Positions 6,240 to 16,136 of a stretch of 64,000 bases of DNA are shown piece by piece. The stretch lies in IMG/VR virus record IMGVR_UViG_3300033058_000221, positions 1 to 64,000 of that record. One strand, 5' to 3'. The first letter of the stretch is position 1. Every line of letters begins with the position of its first letter. Made by a program: the position numbers and the translations under genes. Under the pieces are notes generated by a model. That model worked only from the letters and a program-made list of their open reading frames with translations. It was not told the DNA's origin and ran no database searches. The stretch comes from a virus.

Positions 6240-6821
6240 ATGTCATCTGAATCCAACGAACAATCCAAAGAACGCGGTGAACTTGAAATTCCACGATTGA
6301 CTGGTGAAGCACTTGAATTTGCCGAGACGATCCTTTCGATCGGGATGCCTTATGGGTATGCGGTTCAAGCGTTTTTAGAGTCTTTCCCTGCTTATGCGGA
6401 GCATGACGACCTTACAGAAGATGAAATCTCTAATATCCTGTTGGCGCGTTTCAAGCGGATGCGTCGCGACACCCGTAGGCTAAGTTACCAGAAAATCAAA
6501 GAGACGGAAGCCTCGCTGAAGAAGTTGTTAGACTGTATCCCTGTCGCGTCCCCATTGATTCGTTTAATTGAACTTGAAGAGCTGCGTCAGGATCTCGGTT
6601 TGAACTGTGAGCAGCGGATAAAAGTTTTAGGGGCTGCGGCGAAAGAGACCGATCGGTTGATGCCACGTGAACGCACCTCACCCTTTTCGGGGTTACCGGA
6701 TCTGATCCCCACACAAACATCTGAATCTGAAACCCAACCTGAAAAACCTACAAAGGACATTTTCGGTGGAGCGATAATGAACCATGCTAATACAGGACAA
6801 GAAACTTCCGAAGACAGTTGA
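6240..6821 (+). CDS. putative terminase small subunit / DNA-binding packaging protein, 193 aa
   Basis: Position two genes upstream of TerL. N-terminal HTH-like LTGEALEFAETILSIGMPYGYAVQAFL, then a basic RFKRMRRDTRR segment. The call rests on position and weak resemblance. Confidence 0.4.
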   Translation: MSSESNEQSKERGELEIPRLTGEALEFAETILSIGMPYGYAVQAFLESFPAYAEHDDLTEDEISNILLARFKRMRRDTRRLSYQKIKETEASLKKLLDCIPVASPLIRLIELEELRQDLGLNCEQRIKVLGAAAKETDRLMPRERTSPFSGLPDLIPTQTSESETQPEKPTKDIFGGAIMNHANTGQETSEDS

Positions 6822-7119
6822 AGAAGAACGTAAAGAGCTCTATGCAAGTCCAAAAGGGAAAGAGCTGCTCGCCGGTGCCCAGCAGCTTCAGAACGAGATA
6901 CAGGGCATTGCGGATAAAGCGATGCTCGATGCCAAGAAAAAGAAAGGCACGACCGGCATGGATTTTGATGAGTTGGACAACGTTTTGGACGATTTCTCAC
7001 AACATTCGCATACGCCGGCAGTCGCTGCTGCGTCGCGTACGTCGTCCGCTGTAACCCGTTATGTTTTCAAGGACGGTCAATGGGTGAATATCCATAAACC
7101 GCCGCCGTTAAGAGGGTAA
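6784..7119 (+). CDS. hypothetical protein, 111 aa
   Basis: ORF ending 1 nt before the TerL start. It overlaps the preceding gene by 38 nt, so the true start may be later. Confidence 0.4.
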   Translation: MLIQDKKLPKTVEEERKELYASPKGKELLAGAQQLQNEIQGIADKAMLDAKKKKGTTGMDFDELDNVLDDFSQHSHTPAVAAASRTSSAVTRYVFKDGQWVNIHKPPPLRG

Positions 7120-7120
7120 A

Positions 7121-8803
7121 ATGTCGAACCCAGTCGTAGAAGACCTTACCTACCAACCGGATCCGATCGACATCCGTGTGCCGTTCCCGGAGATACGCTT
7201 CAAGAAGACGGGGTTGATCTATCAGCAATCGATCACCGAGAAGCAGAAGGTATTCCACGCTCGCGATGACAAGTTTCGCGCCGTGCAAGCGATGATCGGT
7301 GCTGGTAAATCTGCGATGGCGACGATAGAATCGTTCCGCCATTCCTGGTACTACCGCTCAAATTTCGGGTTCATTATCCGTAAAACCATCCCGCAAGCGA
7401 ATATCTCAGCGATCCCGGATTTGATGGATGTCTGTCCGCGGTGGATGATTATCTCGTGGAACAAGACGGACAAATGCTTGGAGTTGTTGAACCAGTATGG
7501 CTATGAGTTTCTGAAAAATGGTGGCGAATCGTTGCGGAAAGGCGAACAATACGACTGGTTACAGGAGATTGGCGGCACATCCCAAATCATCTTCACCTCT
7601 TTTGAAGGTACCGTCGAAGCGTTAGAGAAATGGGCATCCAGTAACCTGGGCTGGTATTTCATTGATCAGGCGGAGCAGGCGGATGAATCGATCTATGTGA
7701 AGCTTAACGAGCGGATGCGGCGGATGCCCTCAGCGCGTCAAGCGTGGTTTATTGCCAACTTCTCGCGCGATATCCCACAACAATCGGGGTGGTTGTGGCG
7801 ATTTTTCTCTGAAGACTCACCTGAATACCGGGAGAACCACTGGTATACCGACGATATGCCCACAGATGCCAACGCCAAGAACCTGCCCCCCGACTATAAA
7901 GCGACCTTGAAACAGACGATGCATCCTGATGATTATGCCCGTCTGGTGTCTGGTGATAAAGACAAGATGCGGATGTCAAAATCTGTGTTCCCGGAACTCT
8001 CGGATGATGTGCATTTCATTGAACACCAAGAACCGCCGCCACATTGGTATCGCGGTATCGGCTTGGATCCAGGTTTATCAAATCCGACGGCGTTTGTAGA
8101 ATGTGCCTTTTCGCCAAATGGCGATGTCTATATTTACAACGAGTACGAGGAAAAGAACCGTGCCGTCTCCGATGAGGCGATGGTCTTACGAAACCTTATC
8201 ACCCCGCAACATATCTTCTTTTTCATGGACGGCATCGACGGGCTGAAGCGGAACAAAGTTACGATGACATCCTTGCAAGCGGAATACATCGCGCACGGGA
8301 TACCGTTTGATTTGGCACCGAGGGAGGTTGTGCCGGGCGTACAACGCATCAAAGAGTATTTGAAGTTTGACCCGAAGCGGATACACCCCTTCACTGGGAA
8401 ACAGGGCGCGCCGCGAATGTTGATAAGCAGGCGATGTGTGAAGCTTCGACGTGCTTTGATGCTCTATCGGTTTGATGAACGTAAGACGCACACGATATTT
8501 GAGAACGAACCTGAGAAGTTCCGGAAATATCAGGATCACCTCGTCGATGCGGTGCGTTTTATCTTGGCAGGTGCGACGCTTCCGATCGGCGCAAACCAAG
8601 AGATGCCGACATATTCTGCATCAGGTGCCCCGCGTGCGAAAGAAGGACCTATTACACAGCTCCAGTACAACTCGCAAGGACACTTGGATTTCTCGCATGT
8701 GATGCGTTTTGCGAAAGAACCTGTACCGACCGAACCGAAAAAACCGACAACGTCGCGACCGCGTCAAACATCGTGGTCAAGAGGAATAACAGCAAATGCT
8801 TGA
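7121..8803 (+). CDS. terL: terminase large subunit
   Basis: Walker A-like MIGAGKSAMA, Walker B-like WYFIDQAEQ, and the C-terminal RNaseH-fold nuclease start GIGLDPGLSNPTAF. It is 560 aa with an AGAGGG RBS and sits upstream of the portal. Confidence 0.9.
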   Translation: MSNPVVEDLTYQPDPIDIRVPFPEIRFKKTGLIYQQSITEKQKVFHARDDKFRAVQAMIGAGKSAMATIESFRHSWYYRSNFGFIIRKTIPQANISAIPDLMDVCPRWMIISWNKTDKCLELLNQYGYEFLKNGGESLRKGEQYDWLQEIGGTSQIIFTSFEGTVEALEKWASSNLGWYFIDQAEQADESIYVKLNERMRRMPSARQAWFIANFSRDIPQQSGWLWRFFSEDSPEYRENHWYTDDMPTDANAKNLPPDYKATLKQTMHPDDYARLVSGDKDKMRMSKSVFPELSDDVHFIEHQEPPPHWYRGIGLDPGLSNPTAFVECAFSPNGDVYIYNEYEEKNRAVSDEAMVLRNLITPQHIFFFMDGIDGLKRNKVTMTSLQAEYIAHGIPFDLAPREVVPGVQRIKEYLKFDPKRIHPFTGKQGAPRMLISRRCVKLRRALMLYRFDERKTHTIFENEPEKFRKYQDHLVDAVRFILAGATLPIGANQEMPTYSASGAPRAKEGPITQLQYNSQGHLDFSHVMRFAKEPVPTEPKKPTTSRPRQTSWSRGITANA

Positions 8804-9482
8804 TTTTGGACATCCTGTAACATTTAATGAACACGTTGGTGACACCGATGAACATGGGAATCGTGTAGATCGCCAATTCCGATATTACCCGGATGCTCAG
8901 CCGAAGCCTGTGCTGGTCACCGATGGTGGTGTCGGCGGCTCTGAGGAGATGATGCAGGAAGAATCGATTGCTATGCCTGAAGGTGGCATCGCGATCACGG
9001 AAGACACTGAACACGAGCTGCTTGCGTTTTACTGGCAGGCGACGCAGAAATATCGTGAACATCACGATGCGGTCGCACGTGGTGAAAAAGAACCAGCGAA
9101 TACACCCGACGGTAACCCGCCACGCGAGGAGATGAGACCAGATCCACCACCAAACAATATGAACGGACACCATTTTACGCGTCCTGAACAGGGTCCAGGA
9201 GTACCACATATTGAAACCCCAATCTCAGAACCGCCACCGATGGGGCTACCGACGGTCGAAGTGGACATACAGACGTTCACGGAGATGCAGCGGCAAATCA
9301 TTCAGAGCGAGTCTTTGGTGGACTTCTGTGAAACGGTGATCCAGTCACTGTGTATCCAACTCACAGATTTATTGTCACCGGATTCATCGAACCACCAAAT
9401 CAATGAGATGTGGTTGGAAAAAATCGAACAGATGAGGTTAAAACTTTATGGCAGCACAGGAGAAGTTGAAGCAGCTGATTGA
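8796..9482 (+). CDS. hypothetical acidic/Pro-rich protein
   Basis: ATG overlaps the TerL stop by 8 nt. No family recognised. Confidence 0.55.
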   Translation: MLDFGHPVTFNEHVGDTDEHGNRVDRQFRYYPDAQPKPVLVTDGGVGGSEEMMQEESIAMPEGGIAITEDTEHELLAFYWQATQKYREHHDAVARGEKEPANTPDGNPPREEMRPDPPPNNMNGHHFTRPEQGPGVPHIETPISEPPPMGLPTVEVDIQTFTEMQRQIIQSESLVDFCETVIQSLCIQLTDLLSPDSSNHQINEMWLEKIEQMRLKLYGSTGEVEAAD

Positions 9483-9828
9483 TGATGCTTTTGAGAAAGT
9501 TAATCAGGCACATCAGCAGGAAATCGATGTCCTACACGCGAAGATCGAGGAACTCCAAGCGAAGGTGAAAATCCAAACCGAAGCCGAGACGGATACGCGT
9601 ATCCGTGAGATCATAGCGCATGAACAGGTTTCGGTGGAGGCTTGGATAAAAGACGCAATTGAACAAGTGATCGTTTATGGTGATTCTCCGATGATCCGTG
9701 TGGAGTCTTATTGCTATGAGCGGTTGAAGGCACACGCTGCAGCGAAAGGTTTTACGATAGAGGCACTCACAACAAGCCGAGAGGTAGCACAACAGTTAAT
9801 CGCACTTATTGATAATTTTTTGATTTGA
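9448..9828 (+). CDS. hypothetical coiled-coil protein
   Basis: Heptad-like EKLKQLIDDAFEKVNQAHQQEIDVLHAKIEELQAKVK. Sits between TerL and the portal. Confidence 0.5.
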   Translation: MAAQEKLKQLIDDAFEKVNQAHQQEIDVLHAKIEELQAKVKIQTEAETDTRIREIIAHEQVSVEAWIKDAIEQVIVYGDSPMIRVESYCYERLKAHAAAKGFTIEALTTSREVAQQLIALIDNFLI

Positions 9829-9841
9829 ACAGACATCTGAT

Positions 9842-11974
9842 ATGCTACAACAACAGCCCACACTCCCACAATTACAACCGCAGATGATCGACCCAGAAAA
9901 ATGGTTGGTCTCGCAAGGTCGGATGCAGGCACGCAACCCGGATAACACACCACCGGCGGAACGTGCTGCGTTGGTCAAGAAATTCCTACGCGAGTCGGAG
10001 AACTCGGAATGCCGGCAGGAAGCGTTGCGGTATTGGGAGGAGGCGGATCGGCTCACAAAAGGCTATCACTGGTCGGATATGGTATCGGGTTCGGCGGATT
10101 ACCAGTTAGATTTCCACTTCGTTGCGAACCTCATCTATAGCATCAAAGAAAAACTTGTCTCGCTGTTGGTGGAAGGTATCCCTGAGTTAGAGTTTCTTGA
10201 ACGCAACCCGAACCAAACAGATTTCGCTGTGCAGATGGATAATTTCTTCCGGCATGAGTGGGAACGCAATAACTGGATGGCGGCGTTGGTGATTGCTCTT
10301 GATGAATCGATCAAACACCGAACCGGCTGGCTGAAGGTGTTTTGGGATACGCGTGCCGATGGCGGTCGCGGTTCTGTCCGGATAGAATCAGTAAGTAACT
10401 ACGATCTGTTCTTGCACGAAGGTGCGATGATTCGGGAGGGTGAACTCCAATCGAAATATATCATTCATAGGATGGATAAGACGCGCAATGAGATTATCGC
10501 ACAATGGAAAGTTGATCCGTCTGGTGAGTTTCAGCGGCACTTGGGGCAACAGACCGGTAGACAAGACCCGTCTCGTCCGTTTTTGGATCAAGTTCGCAAT
10601 GATGCTTCTACAATGCGCGGAACAAGCACTTCAGAATCGCGTCCCCCGCGGTATGCGGAAAAAAAGGATGTCTATCAGGTCTATGAATGCCATTATAAAG
10701 ACGATTCGCTCATAAAATCGGCAGGCGTGGATGCCACCGAACCGGCGATGCTGCAGTATCCTGCGGGACGTGTGTTGATTGAATGTAACGGGCATCTGCT
10801 ACACGACGGGCCTAATCCGGCAGGTTTTTGTATGTTTGTGCCGTTCACAGTCGATCCGTCTGTGGATGCCGTTTATGGCCCCTCGATCGTCAACCAGTTA
10901 GCAGGTATGCAGATGGCACTCAACAAGTGTATCTCGCAGGCGATAGAGCATACGGAACGGTGTTCAAACCCGGTGCTGAAGATTTCCTCGCTCTCAAAGA
11001 GTTTAAACCAAGATTCGGATATTGGCGCGCCTGGGAGCCGTATCGTCACGATGGAGAACGAAGGTGGCGCGGCGTGGTTGGAGCCGCCGGCGTTAGGTGT
11101 AGAGGTCAAAGAGATATTGGCGTTGATGATTGAGTTGATGGAGAACGTCTCAGGCGTTCATGAGGTCTCACAAGGCGAAACCTCGCCTGCGCGGAGCGGT
11201 ATCGCGATTGAACGGCTTCAAGCTGCCGCGGCAACTCGGTCGAACCTGCGGTCGATTAACTTCGATCAGGGGCTGAAAACCTTTGCCCGCAATGTCTGCT
11301 CACTATTTGTTGATTATGTCAACGAGGACCGGCAGTACCGGTTCTTGGATGAAGACTCGATGATGGAGGCGCACGGCACTTTCAATGCAAAGGCGTTGGT
11401 GACACCGACGCGTCGCGATAAGATTGCGCAACTCCAGGACCAGATGATGCAGATACGCTCAGATTTCACGAACATTGTCCGGTTTCGCTCTGGCGAGGAA
11501 GCGGAGATGCTCCAGGAATACTACATCTCGCTACTTGAGGAGCTGCAACGCGAGATTTATATTGTGCAGGCGTTACCGGCACATGACTTGGTAAGTTTCG
11601 ATGTCCGTATCCAGACAGGGACGCGAAGTATGACGCAAGCGGCGCGTGAAAGCCGTGCATTTATGTTATTTGAACTCGATATTATCACGGAAGCCTCGCT
11701 GTTGAAGATGTTGCGTGTGCCGAATGCACACAAGATGCTACAACTCAAAGCTGAGGAACGCCAAGCGATGGCTGCCGCGCAGCAACAGGGTGCCCAACAA
11801 CAACTCGCACTCGAAACCGAGAAAGACGACGCTGAGCATGACAATGAGATGGAATTGCAAGAGCTCAAGGGTCAATTCGATATAATTGTCGCGAAAATCC
11901 AGGCGAAAGCGGCAGAAGTGCGTGCAAGTAAATCTGCTGATAATTCTAAACGCACCGCCAAAAAGGCGGCTTAA
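9842..11974 (+). CDS. portal protein (by size and position)
   Basis: 710-aa ORF after TerL and immediately before the scaffold-like and capsid-like genes. It has an Ala/Gln/Glu-rich C-terminal tail. No diagnostic motif recognised by eye. Confidence 0.7.
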   Translation: MLQQQPTLPQLQPQMIDPEKWLVSQGRMQARNPDNTPPAERAALVKKFLRESENSECRQEALRYWEEADRLTKGYHWSDMVSGSADYQLDFHFVANLIYSIKEKLVSLLVEGIPELEFLERNPNQTDFAVQMDNFFRHEWERNNWMAALVIALDESIKHRTGWLKVFWDTRADGGRGSVRIESVSNYDLFLHEGAMIREGELQSKYIIHRMDKTRNEIIAQWKVDPSGEFQRHLGQQTGRQDPSRPFLDQVRNDASTMRGTSTSESRPPRYAEKKDVYQVYECHYKDDSLIKSAGVDATEPAMLQYPAGRVLIECNGHLLHDGPNPAGFCMFVPFTVDPSVDAVYGPSIVNQLAGMQMALNKCISQAIEHTERCSNPVLKISSLSKSLNQDSDIGAPGSRIVTMENEGGAAWLEPPALGVEVKEILALMIELMENVSGVHEVSQGETSPARSGIAIERLQAAAATRSNLRSINFDQGLKTFARNVCSLFVDYVNEDRQYRFLDEDSMMEAHGTFNAKALVTPTRRDKIAQLQDQMMQIRSDFTNIVRFRSGEEAEMLQEYYISLLEELQREIYIVQALPAHDLVSFDVRIQTGTRSMTQAARESRAFMLFELDIITEASLLKMLRVPNAHKMLQLKAEERQAMAAAQQQGAQQQLALETEKDDAEHDNEMELQELKGQFDIIVAKIQAKAAEVRASKSADNSKRTAKKAA

Positions 11975-11987
11975 TGGAAGCTAATAA

Positions 11988-12872
11988 ATGGAGGAATTTC
12001 TTATGGCAGGCCCAAACGGAAGTGTCTGGGGCGATGAAGTGATTGTTTCTTCAGCAACAGCACAAGATACCAAACCTGCGGGTGACACAACTGGTGACCA
12101 AAACACAGGTGATGAGAACACAGGCGCAGGTGACGCGGACGACACCAAGCAGTCCGCACCCGAAGCACCGGTGGTACGGCTACCCGACGGTACGGAAGTC
12201 CCGGTAAGCGACTACGATCCGTATGCCCAACAGCGTCAAGACCTCGAAAAACGAGAGACCCGCGCCGATGCGATTCTTGAATTCAACAATGGTAACGGTA
12301 CTGAGACTGGTGAAAACAATACAGGGGGCGATACTCCGCCGGAACACCCGCTGCTCGCAGATAACCCGTTGCTCCAGAAGATTGAACTGGACCCCAACGA
12401 CACGCTCATCACCGAGGAAGAGCGTCAGAGTGCAGAACGGTTTAACAGCCTTGTAGACTACGCCAAAGAGCAGAACCAGACGATCGTCGATATGGAAACC
12501 AACTTTAAGAAGGACATTGACGCGATTCGGGATACCGTCGGCGATCGTTTTGTTCGTGAAGATATTGCGCGCGTGACGGCGACGACAGGCGTATCTGAAC
12601 AAGAGCTACTCGCAGCGAGTAGGGCAACAGGTGTCACGGATGTGCAGACGTTAGCGACGCTCGTTATCGGCGAAAAAGCGATGCAGACCGCCGCTGAGGA
12701 GGCAGAAGCCGCCGCGGAGGCGAAACGGAACGAAGAGGCATCGAATATCGGCGGTGCAAGTCAAGGTGGCGGGAACGGTGGCGATAACGCCCAACCTGAA
12801 GGTCGCGGGGTCAAAAACTGGCGCGATCCCAATGAGGTAGGGGCTGTTTATAAATTCGGAGCCACTGGATAA
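11988..12872 (+). CDS. scaffolding-like protein (start ATG 11988 or ATG 12003 with GGAGG RBS)
   Basis: Acidic, low-complexity N-half (GDTTGDQNTGDENTGAGD) and a helical Ala/Glu-rich C-half. Sits between portal and capsid. Confidence 0.55.
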   Translation: MEEFLMAGPNGSVWGDEVIVSSATAQDTKPAGDTTGDQNTGDENTGAGDADDTKQSAPEAPVVRLPDGTEVPVSDYDPYAQQRQDLEKRETRADAILEFNNGNGTETGENNTGGDTPPEHPLLADNPLLQKIELDPNDTLITEEERQSAERFNSLVDYAKEQNQTIVDMETNFKKDIDAIRDTVGDRFVREDIARVTATTGVSEQELLAASRATGVTDVQTLATLVIGEKAMQTAAEEAEAAAEAKRNEEASNIGGASQGGGNGGDNAQPEGRGVKNWRDPNEVGAVYKFGATG

Positions 12873-12919
12873 CAAAAAAACATAACAGGCGATTCTCAGG
12901 CGAAAAGGTTAGATAGAGA

Positions 12920-13897
12920 ATGTCTTTGAACATTGGGGAACTTGAAGGTTTTACAAAGGACTGGGGACCCAGCATGGTCTCAGATACCTTTTTCAATCAG
13001 CACGTTCTTTTAAAGTCGATGGAATCTGTCCGTCAGACGTATCCTGGTGGTGATTTTATACGCCTGCCGTTGAACGTCCGCGGCGACAGAAACGATCAGA
13101 CCGGTCGTGCACTCGGCTACACGGAATCCTTTGATTTTCCGAAACTCGAAGTCGGGGATGTGGCACGGTTTGAACCGAAAATGGAAGTCCAGGTCATTGT
13201 GATTTGGGACTATGAAGTTGCGAAAAACGGGGCATCGGATGTCCAATACGCCGATTTGGTACAGAACCGGATCTCTTGGTACATGAAACTCATGGCAGAC
13301 CGGAAGTCTCGGTACTTGTACGGTCGCGGTGGGAACACCACGCGTCCCAACGGTTTGATCGACGTGTTTGATAATACAGCGAAATTCGGTCAGATCGACC
13401 GCACCAAGGCACCCACCTACCGTTCATTCCACCTTACCAGCAGTACTACGCGCGGAATCAGCCGTGCATTGCTCTCTGACTCGCTCATTGATGTCTGGGA
13501 CGGCGCGAAGAAGCCTGACATCGGCATCACGACCCCTCGGATATGGTCGAAGATCCACTCGATCCTGATGCGCGATGAACGCTACGTTCAGAACGCTGCG
13601 TTAGCAAATGCTGGCTTCACAAATATTGTGTTCATGGGTGTGCCGATTGTTTTTGATAAGGAACGTCCCGCGAAAGTGTCTGCAAGTAACCACTCCTTGG
13701 ATTGGTTGAACTTTGACCACTTGAGGGATTACGCATGCGAAGGTTTCGACATGCGTAGACACCCTTGGACCCGGATGCCACAGAACACTGGGCAGTATCA
13801 AGTGATTGTTAACTTCGGTAACTTTTGTAGCGATAATCTGCGCTATGAGTGCCGTCTTGACGATCTTGATCCGAATCAGCTCACAGCGGCTGCGTAG
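12920..13897 (+). CDS. major capsid protein (putative)
   Basis: 325 aa, directly after the scaffold-like gene and followed by a strong hairpin. Size and position are typical of HK97-fold/T7-like capsid proteins. No search was done. Confidence 0.65.
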   Translation: MSLNIGELEGFTKDWGPSMVSDTFFNQHVLLKSMESVRQTYPGGDFIRLPLNVRGDRNDQTGRALGYTESFDFPKLEVGDVARFEPKMEVQVIVIWDYEVAKNGASDVQYADLVQNRISWYMKLMADRKSRYLYGRGGNTTRPNGLIDVFDNTAKFGQIDRTKAPTYRSFHLTSSTTRGISRALLSDSLIDVWDGAKKPDIGITTPRIWSKIHSILMRDERYVQNAALANAGFTNIVFMGVPIVFDKERPAKVSASNHSLDWLNFDHLRDYACEGFDMRRHPWTRMPQNTGQYQVIVNFGNFCSDNLRYECRLDDLDPNQLTAAA

Positions 13898-13913
13898 GTT
13901 TCCGGTAATTGTA

Positions 13914-13935
13914 GGTGCGGTTTTCAAACCGCACC
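13914..13935 (+). promoter_or_regulatory. perfect GC-rich hairpin right after the capsid gene (ggtgcggttt/aaaccgcacc)
   Basis: 10-nt perfect inverted repeat separated by tc, effectively a 9-bp stem with a 4-nt loop. It sits 17 nt after the capsid stop and has no U-tract. Confidence 0.6.
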
Positions 13936-13954
13936 AGCTCAAAGGAGAAATGAA

Positions 13955-14815
13955 ATGCCAATTTTTGGTGTACCGACGATATTTGAGGGTCCTTATAAGG
14001 ACGTACACGATAAACCGATCGTCGCGCTGGGTGGCTGTTTTGTTAGCAATGTTGATGACGTTATAATGAGTTTTGTCCGGTTTTCAGAAGATGTGAAAGA
14101 AGGTGATGCGATTCGCACGAAACACATCCTCGGTACAACGATGCCTGTGTTTGCCGCGAGTCAGATTGTCGCTGCAGGGACACAGAAGATTGAGATCGCA
14201 GCTGGCGGTTTAAAAACAGCACTTGCAGGGATCCCTGAGGAACCGACACTCCGTGATTATGCGAAAATCGCCATTACCGGTGGTGATGGCGCGGGTCAAA
14301 GGGGGTACATTACGCACTACACCGACACAGTGCTTAATATGCGGTGGTATGACAAGAATGACGGCACATTGAAAACTGCTATTGGTCACCAAGGGAATTC
14401 GGGTATCACAGCAACCAGTACGCTTGTTATCTGGGCCCCCTGGTATGTTGAACGTGCGTTTTCGGATGCCGCCAACGCCACTGAAGGCACAGTGAACGGG
14501 ATTGTATTAGCACGTTCAGCAAAGAAAGACCAGTACGGTTTTGTCGGCGTTGAGGGCGATTTCCCTGTGAGAGTAAATGTTGATGTTGATGCAGGCGACA
14601 TCTTGATCCCCGCGTTGACAGCGGCACAGGGCGAAGGCACGGTGCCTGATGCTTCAGATGTGCCACCGCCGTATGCCACCGTACATCACGCTTTGGATGT
14701 TAGTGCTGCTTCAGATGATCTTGTAGAAGCAACGGTTTACTGTCGGAAAATCTCGATTGTTAGGGAAATTGCGGAGAGTTTGGTCCGCGGAACCCCGAGG
14801 CCTGAGGCTGTCTAA
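13955..14815 (+). CDS. virion structural protein (hypothetical; possible head decoration)
   Basis: AAGGAG RBS 7 nt upstream. Its position follows the capsid gene. No family recognised. Confidence 0.55.
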   Translation: MPIFGVPTIFEGPYKDVHDKPIVALGGCFVSNVDDVIMSFVRFSEDVKEGDAIRTKHILGTTMPVFAASQIVAAGTQKIEIAAGGLKTALAGIPEEPTLRDYAKIAITGGDGAGQRGYITHYTDTVLNMRWYDKNDGTLKTAIGHQGNSGITATSTLVIWAPWYVERAFSDAANATEGTVNGIVLARSAKKDQYGFVGVEGDFPVRVNVDVDAGDILIPALTAAQGEGTVPDASDVPPPYATVHHALDVSAASDDLVEATVYCRKISIVREIAESLVRGTPRPEAV

Positions 14816-16026
14816 TGGGAACCCCACGTGGTGAAATTCGGCAGAGTGTGCGCTATCACCTCGGCGAACGTACGCCGGGCACTTGGCAAGATGATGAGAT
14901 CAATTATTTTATCCAAGAGTCCGGCAACGAACACGCCAAACGCGCATATTCTGTGAAAACGATTATTTATACATCGACCTTACAGAACGTGCGGGATTAC
15001 GCGTTCCCTCCGAATTTCGGGGATCTGTTGTCTGTCCGGTATCGCGACGAGTCTATCTCCGATGAATGGGGATTAGAGTATGTCATCAAAGACGTACTCC
15101 GTGATTGGTCTTATACCGGCACCGAGAACGGCGACCCCTACTACTACTACCGCGAACAGGATTCTATCGGGCTGTTCCCGATCCCGAATAAACCGCTTGT
15201 TTTGGAATGTAAGTTTGAAAACGATTGCCCAGGGTTCACAGAAATATACGACCGTGAGGCCGAGACTGGCTTCTCGCAGGACATGACGTTAGAGATCGTC
15301 CCTGATACAACCGAACCGACAGAGATGGAGGTACGAGACACAGACTTAGACCCGCGTTGTGTGTGGGTTTCAAACGTTTCTCTGTACCTCCGTCGAAGCG
15401 GTACGTATTTTCCTGGTAAAATCTGGCTTACCTTTACGAACTTGACAGGTGAACACCAGTTTGTGCATGTCTCTGGCGAGTTATCCGCAGACTCGATTAA
15501 CTCGCATCCGGAATGGGTACACTTCGACTTCACACAGAACCCGATCGGTATCGACTCGGATGAACAAACTTTTCGCATGCAGATCCATGTTGATAACGAG
15601 TATATCGAAGCCGAACCCCGTAATTATGGCGGTAGCGGTATCTTGGTCGGGACAGAGACGGTCGAAGAGACACCGCAAGCGTTTTTTCTCATGCACCGGC
15701 TCCGCAACGATCTTGAAGTTGAGTATTATCGCAACACTTGTGACCTAATGACAGAGGACGACGATATACTCAACATCCCGGACCGCTACACGGAAACGAT
15801 CGTTCACATGGTGTTAGAGAAATGTTATCTCAAAGACGGTTATGATCCGCGGCTCGCTGCGTATTGGCATTCAAAAGCAGAGACGGAGATCATGGAGGCA
15901 AAAGCGCAGGCAGTGATTCCAACACTGGGTCGGCGGCGTGAGCTTCGACGGTCTTACCCGCGGCTGTCAAATCTGACATACAACAACACAACAGGAATGT
16001 TCCGACTCCGGTTAGGGAGACCATAA
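14815..16026 (+). CDS. virion structural protein (hypothetical), 403 aa
   Basis: Start overlaps the previous stop (TAATG). No family recognised. Confidence 0.55.
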   Translation: MGTPRGEIRQSVRYHLGERTPGTWQDDEINYFIQESGNEHAKRAYSVKTIIYTSTLQNVRDYAFPPNFGDLLSVRYRDESISDEWGLEYVIKDVLRDWSYTGTENGDPYYYYREQDSIGLFPIPNKPLVLECKFENDCPGFTEIYDREAETGFSQDMTLEIVPDTTEPTEMEVRDTDLDPRCVWVSNVSLYLRRSGTYFPGKIWLTFTNLTGEHQFVHVSGELSADSINSHPEWVHFDFTQNPIGIDSDEQTFRMQIHVDNEYIEAEPRNYGGSGILVGTETVEETPQAFFLMHRLRNDLEVEYYRNTCDLMTEDDDILNIPDRYTETIVHMVLEKCYLKDGYDPRLAAYWHSKAETEIMEAKAQAVIPTLGRRRELRRSYPRLSNLTYNNTTGMFRLRLGRP

Positions 16027-16136
16027 ATGTTTAGGTGTTTACTGTTCTATGTTTTAGCGAGAATTCCGCAGATGTGTAAAATCTGTTTCTACTGGTGTGT
16101 ACCTGCGAAACATTTATATAACACAGCCGAACAGGT

